Positions 34,998 to 45,230 of a stretch of 64,000 bases of DNA are shown here, one piece after another; position 1 is the stretch's first letter, and each line of letters starts with the position of its first letter. The stretch is from a virus (Duplodnaviria; Caudoviricetes). Both the position numbers and the translations under genes were made by a program. Under the pieces are notes generated by a model. That model was not told where the DNA came from and did no database searches. It worked only from the letters and a program-made list of their open reading frames with translations. Location: positions 755-64,754 of the IMG/VR virus record IMGVR_UViG_3300022919_000005. One strand, written 5' to 3'.

Positions 34998-36611
34998 ATG
35001 TCCGATCTCGTACTCGCCGACCAGTGGGACCCGAACAGCAACGCACCGCTGCCGGCTCATATCGCCAATGCCCTGGGTGACCTGGGGACCAACATCACCG
35101 AGCGCGATCGCGTTCCGTCGCTCTCCTACGAGGGCAAGAACTGGACGATCGTCAAGGACGGCAACAAGACCAAGCTGCAGGCCGCGAACAGCGATGGCGA
35201 CATCGTGCCGATCCCGGTGATGCGCACGGTCGTGCTCGAATACAACGCCAACCGCGGCCGGGCCTATTACGAGGGCACCTATGACCCGTCGAAGGCCGGC
35301 GCTCCGAAGTGCTGGTCGGCCGACGGCGTCGCCCCCGACACGACCGTGACCGAGAAGCAGTCGGCGCTGTGCAACGGCTGCCCGATGTCCATCAAGGGCT
35401 CGAAGGTCGCCGAAGGCCGCGAGATGGTCGCCTGCTCCTCGCACCGCATGATCGCGCTCGCCCCGGCGTTCGCGCTCAAAGAGGACCCGCTGCGCCTCAA
35501 GATCGCCGTCACCAGCGACTATGACAAGGAAGTCGTCGAGCACGGCTGGTTCGCGTTCAACCAGTACACCAACTACCTGAAGTCGCGCGGCATCTCGCAC
35601 ACGGCGCTGGTGGTGACCAAGATCAAGTTCGATCCGAACGTCGCCTATCCGAAGCTGCTGTTCGCGCTCGACCGGCTGCTCACCCCGGTGGAAATCGAGG
35701 ACGTCAAGGGGCTGCTCGCCAACCCCAAGGTCAAGGACCTGCTGGCCGAGAAGTGGACCGCCGCTGGCAGCAACGGCACGCTGTCGAACGACAGCGACAT
35801 CAAGCCGCACGGTCTCGAGGGCGCGTACCTCGACGGCTGGCAGGCCCACCCCGATGCCGCCGGCTACAGCTGGAAGGGCGCCGAAGTGCTGCTCAACGCC
35901 GACGTCGCCGCCAAGTATCCGGCACCCGTCGCGCCGCCCGCGCCGGTCGCGCCGCCGGCTGCTCCTGTCGAAGCTGCCGCTCCGCCGGTCCCGGCCGCGG
36001 CGATGGTGATCGACAACGACACCGGCACCCAGGTGGGCAAGCCGACCGATCCGGCGCACATCGCGCACGCCGGCACCGCGGCCGAAGTGTGGTGGAACGG
36101 CACGGACTGGGTGAAGCCCTGGATCGTTGAGAAGGCTGCCGAGCCGGCTGCTCCCCCGCCGCCGCCCGCGCCGCCGCCGGCACCCGAGCCCGAGGCTCCG
36201 CATGTCGTGGCAGCACGGCCTGCGCCGACCGACCCGACGCACATCGCCCACGCCGGCACCGCGGCTGAAGTGTGGTGGGACGGCACGGACTGGGTGAAGC
36301 CCTGGGTGACCGGCGCCGAAGTGGTTGCGGCTCCTCCTCCGCCGCCGCCCGCCGCACCGCCTGCTCCGGTCGCCCCGGAACCGGCACCGCACGACGCTCT
36401 GGCGGTCGCTGCCAGCGACGGCTGGGCGGTCCACCCCGACAGCCCGGCGCACTGGTTCAAGGGCACCGAGGTGCTGACGATCGCGGCGGTCGAGGCGCTC
36501 TATCCGGCAGGCGTCGGCCCGGCCGCGAGCCCGCCGGCGGCACCGGCGACGACCGGCACCGCAGCGGACATCCCCCCGGATGTCGCGGCCTTGCTGGCGC
36601 AGTGGGCGTAA
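34998..36611 (+). CDS. putative ssDNA-binding/annealing protein with a Pro-rich repeat tail
   Basis: N-terminal R.YY...YD....P.CWS.DG..P...C..CP pattern typical of phage SSB-like proteins next to primase; C-terminal Trp-rich repeats. Confidence 0.7.
   Translation: MSDLVLADQWDPNSNAPLPAHIANALGDLGTNITERDRVPSLSYEGKNWTIVKDGNKTKLQAANSDGDIVPIPVMRTVVLEYNANRGRAYYEGTYDPSKAGAPKCWSADGVAPDTTVTEKQSALCNGCPMSIKGSKVAEGREMVACSSHRMIALAPAFALKEDPLRLKIAVTSDYDKEVVEHGWFAFNQYTNYLKSRGISHTALVVTKIKFDPNVAYPKLLFALDRLLTPVEIEDVKGLLANPKVKDLLAEKWTAAGSNGTLSNDSDIKPHGLEGAYLDGWQAHPDAAGYSWKGAEVLLNADVAAKYPAPVAPPAPVAPPAAPVEAAAPPVPAAAMVIDNDTGTQVGKPTDPAHIAHAGTAAEVWWNGTDWVKPWIVEKAAEPAAPPPPPAPPPAPEPEAPHVVAARPAPTDPTHIAHAGTAAEVWWDGTDWVKPWVTGAEVVAAPPPPPPAAPPAPVAPEPAPHDALAVAASDGWAVHPDSPAHWFKGTEVLTIAAVEALYPAGVGPAASPPAAPATTGTAADIPPDVAALLAQWA
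36042..36305 (+). repeat. intragenic 81-bp direct repeat, two copies
   Basis: 36042-36122 and 36225-36305 encode PTDP(A/T)HIAHAGTAAEVWW(N/D)GTDWVKPW. Confidence 0.9.
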
Positions 36612-36620
36612 CAACCCGCA

Positions 36621-36655
36621 GGGAGGGCGGCGAGCGACTGGCTTGCCGCCCTTCC
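36621..36655 (+). terminator. hairpin / possible terminator
   Basis: GGGAGGGCGGCGAGC-gactg-GCTTGCCGCCCTTCC; weak U-tract. Confidence 0.55.
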
Positions 36656-36750
36656 AATTCTGGATCATATTGACGCCCCCACCCGCTTGGCCGGGACGGG
36701 CGCAGCGGGGATCATCGGGTGATTAAATTACAGCGCGCTGGGGTTCGTTC

Positions 36751-39700
36751 ATGACCCCCGGCAAATTCCTCCGCCTGATCTGGCCAACCACCGGCTTCTA
36801 TTGCATCGCGCATCCGTTCACCCCGCCGGGTTCGAGCGTTACGGTCTACGCACACAAAGTGTTCGCGACGATCGGCGAAGCAGTCACTCACGTCGCAGAG
36901 CAACAGAACACCGCGGACACCTATTTCGCGATCCTGACCCTGCGCGATGAAAAGATTTGGGACCCCGACAAGGTAGATTACAAGACGCAGCAGAAGGGCG
37001 CGTGGGCCGTTCGGACCCAGCCGAACATGCTGGCGTCGAAGTGCATCTTCTTCGATCTCGACGTCGGCAGCGAGGCGATCAAGTACGCGACGCAGGCCGA
37101 AGCTCTGGCTGGACTGGTGAAGTTCATCGCCGACACTGGGCTGCCCATGCCCACTACAGTGTCGTCGGGCGGCGGCGTCCACGTCTATTGGCACTTCGAC
37201 AACGAAGTCGCCGCGCTCGAGTGGCGCGACATCGCGTTCAACATGCGCCAGCTCGCCGAGACGCTGGGCCTGAAGATCGACCCCACCCGCACGATCGACA
37301 CCAGCTCGGTGCTCCGCGTGCCGAGCACCTACAACTGGAAGGACCGGGCCAACCCCCGGCTCGTACAGGTCCTGCAGGAGGGCGTGGTCACCGCGGTCGC
37401 GACGTTCAAGCAGCTGGTCTCCGACGCGCTGATCAAGCACGGCGTCATCGCCCAGCACGCCCCGCTCAAGGCGGCGATGCAGCCGGCGATCGCCAACCCG
37501 TTCGGCGAGCAGCGGATCAACGACTTCGGCCCGCCGCCGACGTTTCAGGAGGTGGTGGCAGCGTGCCGCCAGATGGCCGAGATCGTGCGGTCGCAGGGCG
37601 AGCCCGGCCATCCGCACTACGGCCAGCTCGACAACACCGCGTGGTATCGTGGGATGCTCGGCGTCGTGACGCACGTCGAGGACGGCGACAACTGGGCGCG
37701 CAAGCTGACCGACCTCCACCCGCGCGACAACGCGGACATCGAAGCCAAGCTCCTGCAGCTGAAGCAGTTCGCCCCGGCGCGCTGCGAGACGCTGCGGCAG
37801 TTCATGCCCTGGAAGGAAACGCCGTGCCTGAAGTGCAAGTTCTACTCGGGCGGGGTGCAGGACCCGAGCGTGCCGAACCCGCTGGCGGCGACGCGCAAGA
37901 GCACCGTGGCACCGGCTCCTGGCAACGTGTCGCTGCCTCCACCTCCGCCGCCGGCTGGCGCTGGTTCACCGGCTGGGCCTTCGCTCCCCATGTCGCTCAT
38001 GGCGCCGAACGCCAAGATCATGGCGGCGATGATCCCCAACCCCCCGAAGCCCTATGAGCGGCTGAAGGCGGGCGGGATCGCCGTCACCAAGGTGGACAAG
38101 GACGGCAACAGCTCGACCAACATCATCTACGCCCACGACCTCTATCCGCTGAAGCGGCTGGTCAACGGCGACACGCTGATGGAGCAGCAGGTGTGGCGCG
38201 CGACGCTCCCACGCTCGGGCGCCAAGGACTTCACGATCGACGCGGACGTGCTCTACGACGCGCGGAAGTTCAGCACCGCGATCGCCAATAATGGCATCTA
38301 CCCCAACAAGGCGGACATCCCCGCACTGCAGGATTATATGGTCGCATACATCTCACAGCTTCAGCGCGATCTCGACGCCGACGCCCAGCTGGCGCACCTT
38401 GGCTGGACCGACGGCTATCGCCAGTTCGTGCTCCCCGACAAGGTCCTGTTCGAGGACGGCTCGGTCAAGAACAGCGCGCTGACCGACGGCGCGAAGCGCG
38501 CCACCCAGTTCATCAACAAGCGCGGCGACATGGCCACCCAGGTGGGCCTGCTCGGCTTCTACAACCACGCCGACTACATCCCGAACCAGTTCGTCATCCT
38601 CAACGCCCTGGCGTCGATCATCTTCTACGCCACCGGCAACCACGGCATCGTCGTCAACATGAGCGGCGACAGCGGCGCGTCCAAGTCGACCACCCTCTAC
38701 ACCGCGGCCGGGCTGTGGGGTGACCCCACCCTGTGGCCGATCAACGGCACCAACCGCGGCGCCACCGCCAACGCGCGCTCGCAGCGCATCGTCACGAACG
38801 CCAACCTGCCCACCCCGGTCGACGAGATCACCCATCTCCCGGCCAAGGAAGCGATCGACCTCGTGATGAACATCACCCAGCCGGGCCACCGCCTGCGCCT
38901 CGCGACGGACGGCAACGAGAAGGCGACCACCGACAATTACAAGTCGGCGATCATGATCGCGACCGCCAACAGCTCGCTGCATGCCCTGCTGTCGACCGAC
39001 AACGCCGCCGGCACCGCGGGCTCGATGCGCGTGTTCGAGATGAAGTTCATGCCGCAGCGGGTCCACACCAAGGCGGAAGCCGACGAGTTCCTGCGCCAGA
39101 TCAGGCTGCACTACGGCCATCTCGGCGAGGTGTTCGCCCAGGTGGTGGTGCGCAACCGCGTCGCGATCGAGCGCCGGGTGCAGACGGTCATGAAGGAAAT
39201 CGACATCGCCGGCAGCATCCAGTCGAGCGAGCGCTTCTGGTCGGCCGACATCGCCGCCGCGCTGGTCGCCGGCGAGCTGGGCAACGCGCTGGGGATCATC
39301 CCATACGACGTTGCTGCAATCCGGCAGTGGGCGCTGGGCCAGCAAATTCCGTTCATGCGCGGCGTGGTCAAAGAGGAATACCGCGATCCGCTGGCGGTGC
39401 TGACCGACTACATCGCCGAGAAGCACGGCTCGATCGTCGTGATCGACCGGGCCACCTCGATCGGCACCAACACCACCGGGCAGCCCGCCGTCGCCAACGA
39501 CAGCTACGCGGTCAACAGCCCCCACGGCAGCCTGCTCGGCCATTACGACATGCGCGCCGGCGTCATGTATCTGCTCAAGCAGGGGTTCAAGGATCACTGC
39601 AACCGGGTGGGCGGTTCCTCGAGCCGCATCCTCGACGAGCTGAACCAGCCCCGCAACGGGCCAGGAGCGGCGCAGGGGCCCATCATCGTCGACCGGGCGG

Positions 39701-39864
39701 TGCGTCGCACCCTGGGCGCCGGCACGACGCTGGCGAAGGGTCAGGCGTGGTGCTTCGCGGTGAACATGAACCACCCCGAGATGTCGGGCACCAAGCCAGT
39801 CGTCGCCGCGGCCGGCGGCACCCCCACCAGCGCGCCAGCTGGGCAACTGAAGGCAGTGCCATGA
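36751..39864 (+). CDS. primase-helicase (AEP/RepB-like primase + DUF927 + P-loop ATPase)
   Basis: DLD and SGGGVHVYW primase motifs, Cys cluster, LGW motif, Walker A GDSGASKST, PVDEIT. Confidence 0.87.
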   Translation: MTPGKFLRLIWPTTGFYCIAHPFTPPGSSVTVYAHKVFATIGEAVTHVAEQQNTADTYFAILTLRDEKIWDPDKVDYKTQQKGAWAVRTQPNMLASKCIFFDLDVGSEAIKYATQAEALAGLVKFIADTGLPMPTTVSSGGGVHVYWHFDNEVAALEWRDIAFNMRQLAETLGLKIDPTRTIDTSSVLRVPSTYNWKDRANPRLVQVLQEGVVTAVATFKQLVSDALIKHGVIAQHAPLKAAMQPAIANPFGEQRINDFGPPPTFQEVVAACRQMAEIVRSQGEPGHPHYGQLDNTAWYRGMLGVVTHVEDGDNWARKLTDLHPRDNADIEAKLLQLKQFAPARCETLRQFMPWKETPCLKCKFYSGGVQDPSVPNPLAATRKSTVAPAPGNVSLPPPPPPAGAGSPAGPSLPMSLMAPNAKIMAAMIPNPPKPYERLKAGGIAVTKVDKDGNSSTNIIYAHDLYPLKRLVNGDTLMEQQVWRATLPRSGAKDFTIDADVLYDARKFSTAIANNGIYPNKADIPALQDYMVAYISQLQRDLDADAQLAHLGWTDGYRQFVLPDKVLFEDGSVKNSALTDGAKRATQFINKRGDMATQVGLLGFYNHADYIPNQFVILNALASIIFYATGNHGIVVNMSGDSGASKSTTLYTAAGLWGDPTLWPINGTNRGATANARSQRIVTNANLPTPVDEITHLPAKEAIDLVMNITQPGHRLRLATDGNEKATTDNYKSAIMIATANSSLHALLSTDNAAGTAGSMRVFEMKFMPQRVHTKAEADEFLRQIRLHYGHLGEVFAQVVVRNRVAIERRVQTVMKEIDIAGSIQSSERFWSADIAAALVAGELGNALGIIPYDVAAIRQWALGQQIPFMRGVVKEEYRDPLAVLTDYIAEKHGSIVVIDRATSIGTNTTGQPAVANDSYAVNSPHGSLLGHYDMRAGVMYLLKQGFKDHCNRVGGSSSRILDELNQPRNGPGAAQGPIIVDRAVRRTLGAGTTLAKGQAWCFAVNMNHPEMSGTKPVVAAAGGTPTSAPAGQLKAVP

Positions 39865-40208
39865 GCGAGCCCCAGCCGCACCCCTTCGAGCAGATGCCCA
39901 CCGACCATGTGGGCTGGAACCGCAAGCATTTCGAGTATGCCGGGCACAACTATTCGCTGCTGGTGATCGACACGCTCAAGGCCGACCTGACGGGCAAGAT
40001 GTCCTCCATGATCTCGATGCTCGACAGCGGCGTGATGAAGGGCCCCTGGAAGTCGCACCACCACCTGACGGTGCCCTGCCGCCTCACGGTCGACGCTGCG
40101 GTCAGGATCATCGATCAGATGTCCCATGTGTACCGTGACGGGACCTGGGAGGGCGCCGAAGAAGCGCGCGCGGCAGTGCGCAAGGCGATCGGCGCGGCGG
40201 CGTCATGA
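39861..40208 (+). CDS. hypothetical protein
   Basis: ATGA coupling; MSEPQPHPF... Confidence 0.65.
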   Translation: MSEPQPHPFEQMPTDHVGWNRKHFEYAGHNYSLLVIDTLKADLTGKMSSMISMLDSGVMKGPWKSHHHLTVPCRLTVDAAVRIIDQMSHVYRDGTWEGAEEARAAVRKAIGAAAS

Positions 40209-40495
40209 GCCATCCCTGCGCGATCCCTGGCTGCACGCGGCCGGCAAAGGACCACCAGCTCATGTGCTGGCCGCACTGGTGCCGGGTGCCCAAGGTGCTC
40301 AACCGGGCGATTTTCGCCGCCGCGCGCGACCTGCGCTCCGATCCGGCCGCGTACCGCAAGGTGCGCGACGAGGGGGTCGCCGCCGTGGTCGCCAAGGAAG
40401 CCGCCGGCGGGGCCACCGACACGGCGACCTGCATCGTGCCGAACTGCCGCAAGCGCGCGCCGGCAAGTGAGCTGTTCTGTGCCGCGCATCGGTAG
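40205..40495 (+). CDS. double Zn-finger-like protein
   Basis: CAIPGC...MC..H and CIVPNC...FC..H. Confidence 0.7.
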   Translation: MSHPCAIPGCTRPAKDHQLMCWPHWCRVPKVLNRAIFAAARDLRSDPAAYRKVRDEGVAAVVAKEAAGGATDTATCIVPNCRKRAPASELFCAAHR

Positions 40496-40859
40496 CTGGA
40501 TCGGCCGCGGCATGGAGGACGTGCCCGGCAAGCCGTTCGGGTGGGCGTACCACATGGAGCGGGACGAGATCAGGAAGCACGTCCATCGCAAGAACGACGG
40601 CACCCTGCGCGGCGCGCACCGCTTCATGCGCTCCCACCGGGGTATGGGCGTCGAGTTCCGGGTGACGGCGATCCAAGATCGCATCCACAAGTACCGGCCG
40701 ACCCTGCGCGAGCGGCAGCTGAAGCTCGGCGTCAAGCAGCCACGTCCTACACCGCGTTTCACACAGGAGGAGCTTGCGCTGATCGCCGAAAGGTTCGAGG
40801 GTGCCAACGACCCGATCGGTCAATCGATCCACGCGAAAGCATCGAGCTATGAGCCTTGA
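40467..40859 (+). CDS. basic hypothetical protein
   Basis: ORF fills the gap; start codon uncertain. Confidence 0.5.
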   Translation: MSCSVPRIGSWIGRGMEDVPGKPFGWAYHMERDEIRKHVHRKNDGTLRGAHRFMRSHRGMGVEFRVTAIQDRIHKYRPTLRERQLKLGVKQPRPTPRFTQEELALIAERFEGANDPIGQSIHAKASSYEP

Positions 40860-41145
40860 CGACCGCCTGCGCCCGCACCTAGCCACGCTGGCGTGCCGCG
40901 CCGCCACCCCGACCTCGATCCTCGCCCACTGCGTCGTCTATACCGGCTGGTGGGCTTCCGGCCGCGGCGCGCTGCCGCTGGCGATCGCCATGTCGCTCGA
41001 GGCGATCGTGCTGTCGCTGGTGATCATCGATAAGCAGAACGTGGACGCGGCCCAGGATCACGCGTGGCAGAAGCGCGTGTTCACCGAGCTGCTCGACAAG
41101 CTCCCCGACGCCCGCCCCACCGTCGCCGATTCGGACGCGGTTTAG
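40849..41145 (+). CDS. DUF1003-like membrane protein
   Basis: two TM helices followed by SLEAI.LS..I...QN. Confidence 0.6.
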   Translation: MSLDDRLRPHLATLACRAATPTSILAHCVVYTGWWASGRGALPLAIAMSLEAIVLSLVIIDKQNVDAAQDHAWQKRVFTELLDKLPDARPTVADSDAV

Positions 41146-41630
41146 CGGTAGCGCCGGGTGAACGTGTCGTCGGTCTCCACGACCGCCGGGCCCGCCGCCG
41201 GCAGCTGGAAGCCCTGGTAGCCGCCGGCGCCGAGCGTGCTGCCCAGCGCCGAGCCGATCAGCGAGCGATACGGGGTCAGCGCGGTGCGGGTGAGCACCTT
41301 GTTCTGCGTGGTGGTGAGCCCGGTCTCGGCGCCGATCTGCCCGATCTGCGCGCGCGCCAGCGGCTGCACGATGCTGGCCTGTTCGCCGAGCAGCCGGGTT
41401 TGCGCCCCCTGCTGGGCGATCTGCGCGGCGCTCTCGCCCGGCAGGAGCCCGGCGCGGGTGCGATCGAGGTTCGCGGCAGCCGCCCCCACCAGGGCGCCCG
41501 TATCGGCCTGACGCGACTGGGTCTGCGCCTGACTGGTGCCGGCGTCCGCCTGCTGCTGCAGCAGGGCGTATTTGCGGGCCAGGAAATAGTTCATGTCTAC
41601 CGGCTGTGCCCGGTCGAGGATGCCTGCCAT
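41142..41630 (-). CDS. Gln/Ala-rich putative internal virion protein
   Basis: AAGGA RBS; last gene of the structural arm. Confidence 0.7.
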   Translation of the reverse strand: MAGILDRAQPVDMNYFLARKYALLQQQADAGTSQAQTQSRQADTGALVGAAAANLDRTRAGLLPGESAAQIAQQGAQTRLLGEQASIVQPLARAQIGQIGAETGLTTTQNKVLTRTALTPYRSLIGSALGSTLGAGGYQGFQLPAAGPAVVETDDTFTRRYR

Positions 41631-41640
41631 CGTCGTGTCC

Positions 41641-43539
41641 TTAGACGCTCGAGTTGTAGTTGTAGCTCGTGCTGTTGGAGGTGCTGTCGCTGGTGGAGTT
41701 GCTGCCGCTGTTCGATGCCGAGTTGCTGATACCATAGCTCTCGCTGCTGGAAACGCTACCCGAGAAGTTGACGGCGTTGAGCGCCGCGGCGCCGATCTGC
41801 GCGCTGACCTGGGCCCCCACCTTGGCGGCATCGAGCGCGAGCGAACGCGTGGTAATGTACAGCTCTGCGTTGGCCTTGGCCGCGGACACGCCGATCTCGG
41901 CGATGCGCTGGTTCTGGTCGAGCGTGGCCTGCCACTGCTTGGTCAGCACCTCGTTGTACGTGCCCGCCGCCTGCACCTGGGCGCGATACGCGTCCGCCAC
42001 CACGCCGGCCGTCTTGGTGATCCCCTCCACGCGCGCGGACTCGCCGGCGACGGCTGCGCGGTAGCCGTCGTACTCGGCCGTCTTGGCGGCGATCAGGCCC
42101 TGGAACGCGGCGATCCGGCTCTCGATCTGCCGGGCGTTGGCGTTGACGCGCGCGGTGAACGCCTCGACCTGCGACTGGTAGACCTGCTGCTTGGTCTGCT
42201 CCGCCTGCACGGTGGCGCGGAACCCCTCCACGCCGGCGGTGTACGCGTTGACCTGGGCGGTATAGCCGCGGACCTGCTCGCCGAACACCATGACCTTGGT
42301 GCGCTCGATCTCCGCCTTCGCCTGGATGCCGGCGATCTGCGCCTTGTAGATTTCGACGCCCGACAGCGCCGCGTCAATCTGGGCGCGGTACTGGTCGACC
42401 AGCGCGCGGTTGATCGATGCCTTGGCCTCCTCGGCGGCGATCTCGGCGCGGTACGCATCGACCTTGGCGATCTCGGCGCGGATGCGTGCCTCGTAGACCT
42501 GCACCTTCCCCCGATAGGCGTCGGTCATCGCCTGGAACGCCTGCACCTTGGCGTTGTAGATTTGCACGCCGGCCTCGGTGGCATAGCGGGTGGCCTCGAA
42601 CACGCGCTGCTCGACGGCGTTGGTATAATCCATGAGCCGGCTCTCGAGCTGCACGGCAGTGGTCAGCGCGTGCTTCACATTGTCCAGCTGCAGCTCGGCC
42701 GACTTGATCATCACCTCGCGGCTGTGCCCACGGTTGTTGGCGTCGCTCTCGGTGATGATCCGCGCGCGCGCGTCGAGGTAGATGCCCGGCGGTAGCGAGA
42801 AGCCGAGCCCCTCCATCTTGTCGAGGGCGAGGATGCTGTCCGCCGCGCTGCGCGCCTCGCGCTCCCGGCCGCGATCCCAGATGGCGTTCTCCACCTCCTG
42901 GGTCAGCCCGGTGCCGCCGGTGCGGATGCGGTCCTCGAGCGTCGACTTCAGGCCGGTCAGCAGGCCGGAGGTGTACTGCGCGCCGGGGGTGTATTCGCGG
43001 ATCGATGGCTCGACGGCGGTCAGCACCGGGTCGGCCGCGTCGAACGTGGGCATGGTCATGCCGCCGAACTTGGTGACGTTCAGGGACAGCAGGTCCGGCA
43101 CGCTCGGCAGGGTGATCGAGAGCGTGGGGTCCTCGAAGTCGAGGTTGACGCCCGGCGCGTCGGGGATCGTGCCCACGAACGGGGCAGGCGCGGTGCCGTA
43201 GCTGATCGTGGGCGGGTTGTCGTCGAACGGCGCGATCTGCAGGTCGCCTACCTCGAGCACGCCGGTGAACGCGGCGGGAAAGCCGGGCGCGACCCAGACC
43301 GGCTTGTCGAGCGTGGGGAGCGCGGGGATCGAGATGGCCGGGGCGCTGCCGCCGACCGGGAACACCGGCGTGATCACCGGCGCGACCAGCGAGAGCACCG
43401 AGCCCGTCAGGTTGGTCACGAAGCTGTCGACCGCCGCCATGCGGCTCTGCGCGTAGGCCACCATGCCGCCGGCCGTGCCGAGCAGCGACTGGGTCAGGCG
43501 CCCGGTCGTGTCGTTCGGAATGTAGCCAACGGTGCTCAT
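41641..43539 (-). CDS. virion protein, Pro-rich N-terminus plus long coiled coil
   Basis: 632 aa; repeated Y/F-x-A-x-V/I pattern. Confidence 0.8.
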   Translation of the reverse strand: MSTVGYIPNDTTGRLTQSLLGTAGGMVAYAQSRMAAVDSFVTNLTGSVLSLVAPVITPVFPVGGSAPAISIPALPTLDKPVWVAPGFPAAFTGVLEVGDLQIAPFDDNPPTISYGTAPAPFVGTIPDAPGVNLDFEDPTLSITLPSVPDLLSLNVTKFGGMTMPTFDAADPVLTAVEPSIREYTPGAQYTSGLLTGLKSTLEDRIRTGGTGLTQEVENAIWDRGREREARSAADSILALDKMEGLGFSLPPGIYLDARARIITESDANNRGHSREVMIKSAELQLDNVKHALTTAVQLESRLMDYTNAVEQRVFEATRYATEAGVQIYNAKVQAFQAMTDAYRGKVQVYEARIRAEIAKVDAYRAEIAAEEAKASINRALVDQYRAQIDAALSGVEIYKAQIAGIQAKAEIERTKVMVFGEQVRGYTAQVNAYTAGVEGFRATVQAEQTKQQVYQSQVEAFTARVNANARQIESRIAAFQGLIAAKTAEYDGYRAAVAGESARVEGITKTAGVVADAYRAQVQAAGTYNEVLTKQWQATLDQNQRIAEIGVSAAKANAELYITTRSLALDAAKVGAQVSAQIGAAALNAVNFSGSVSSSESYGISNSASNSGSNSTSDSTSNSTSYNYNSSV

Positions 43540-43586
43540 GTGCGGAAACCCCTTCGCTCGCGGGATACGCTATCGCGCGTTATTGC

Positions 43587-45230
43587 TCAAGCCGGCACGA
43601 TCTCGGCGGTCCCCGGCTCCACGCCGTCCTTCGACGGGGTCCACCGGATGGTCGCGATCTGCGTCAGCTCCTGGGCGCCGCCGGCATGCGCGGGTGCGCG
43701 CGGCACCGTGCGCGGCGGGGTCGCGGCCGGCGCGACGTCATCGACCGCCACCTCCTCCTCGAGCAGCTCGTCGAGCAGCTTGCCCATGCCGGGGACGCCG
43801 CGGCCGGTCAGCGCGAGCGGGCTGGCAGGCTCCTGGCCGCTGTCCGTCCAGCCGGGCGCGGCGGCGAAGCGCCAGTCGAGCGAGCGCGCATCGAGCGGCA
43901 GCTCCACCCCGATCGAGACGTCAGGGCTGCCGGTGCCGTCGCCCGGTGCCTTGAAGCGCTCGATCCGCCCCTGCCCCTGCGTCGTCACCCGTACCACCTG
44001 ATAGGCGCCGTCGGCAAATTCCCGCGCGCGGATCATGAGCGTGACCCCGGTCTCGGTCTCGTATTCCATCGTCGGATCGTCGACCTCGAACGCCGAGCCC
44101 ACGGCACCCGGTGGCGGGTTGTGCTGCTTGACGTTGGCGGACCCGACCCAGACCTCGATGTCGATCGCGGTGGGCGGGACGTTCTTGACCGCCGGGTCCT
44201 TCGGCCGCGCGACGAACCCCGCGCCATAGAAGCGCTTGCCGCCGGCCGCGTCCTCGAGCGCGATCTGGCGCTGTATCCCGACCTTCTCGCCGCCCAGCAG
44301 CGGGGTGAGCCGGCTGTCCTCGCCCGGCTCGACGGAGAGCGCCTCGTATGGCTTGTCGCCGGCGACACGCAGGGCAACGACTGGCAGCATGTCGAGATAG
44401 TCCCGCTTTTCACGGAAGTGCAGCTCGATGTCCTCGTAATAGGCGGGGGTGCCGGGCGAGAAGTCATGCCCCACGCCGGCCGTGCGCGCGACGCGGAACG
44501 TGTCGTACCACGCCACATATTCGCTGCCGCCGAAGATGTCGGTGCGGGTGTAGCCGCCGATCAGCACGCTGTAGGTGCCGCCATAGCCGGGATACTGCGC
44601 AGCCGTCGCGACATTCTCGGGGTTGTCGAACGCCAGCTGCATCGCCGCCTCGGCAGCCGCCTGACTGGGGAAGAAGCGCTCGCCGATCAGGCCCTGCGAT
44701 CCTGGCACATATTGCGTCACGACATATTCGGAATAGTCGGCCGCGCCGGTCCCCTCGCGGAACGGCTCGACGTTGATCGTGTCGTCAGAGCCGTAGGGAT
44801 AGGTGATGTCCTCGGGCGGCACCGCGGGGTGATATTTGGTGCTCTCCTCGATCCGGTAGATGTCGGCGACGTCGAACTTCTTGGGCGTGAACAGCACGTC
44901 GATCGCCAGCGCCGGCGACTGCGGCGGCTTGGTCTCGCTGGTCGTCTCGGTGGTGGTCGTCGTCGAGCGCGGGGCGACGCGGACGTAGACCGTCTCCTGG
45001 CCCTGGTTGTAGACGTAGCGCATCATCCCACCGTCCGGCAGCGACTGGTGCATGTGGGAGCCCGACTGCTCGCTGATCTGGCGAGCCTGCCGGGCCTTCG
45101 ACTGGAACTGGGTGATCGCGGCGCGGTGCTGGTTGAACAGCGCCAGCGCCGCGGGGCTGCCGGGCTCTACGCCCTCGAGCACGACCTTGGTCGGGGTCTC
45201 GCCGGGCGGCGTGGTGAGGCGGCTATACAC
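43587..45230 (-). CDS. putative virion/tail protein
   Basis: 547 aa within the structural operon. Confidence 0.7.
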   Translation of the reverse strand: MYSRLTTPPGETPTKVVLEGVEPGSPAALALFNQHRAAITQFQSKARQARQISEQSGSHMHQSLPDGGMMRYVYNQGQETVYVRVAPRSTTTTTETTSETKPPQSPALAIDVLFTPKKFDVADIYRIEESTKYHPAVPPEDITYPYGSDDTINVEPFREGTGAADYSEYVVTQYVPGSQGLIGERFFPSQAAAEAAMQLAFDNPENVATAAQYPGYGGTYSVLIGGYTRTDIFGGSEYVAWYDTFRVARTAGVGHDFSPGTPAYYEDIELHFREKRDYLDMLPVVALRVAGDKPYEALSVEPGEDSRLTPLLGGEKVGIQRQIALEDAAGGKRFYGAGFVARPKDPAVKNVPPTAIDIEVWVGSANVKQHNPPPGAVGSAFEVDDPTMEYETETGVTLMIRAREFADGAYQVVRVTTQGQGRIERFKAPGDGTGSPDVSIGVELPLDARSLDWRFAAAPGWTDSGQEPASPLALTGRGVPGMGKLLDELLEEEVAVDDVAPAATPPRTVPRAPAHAGGAQELTQIATIRWTPSKDGVEPGTAEIVPA

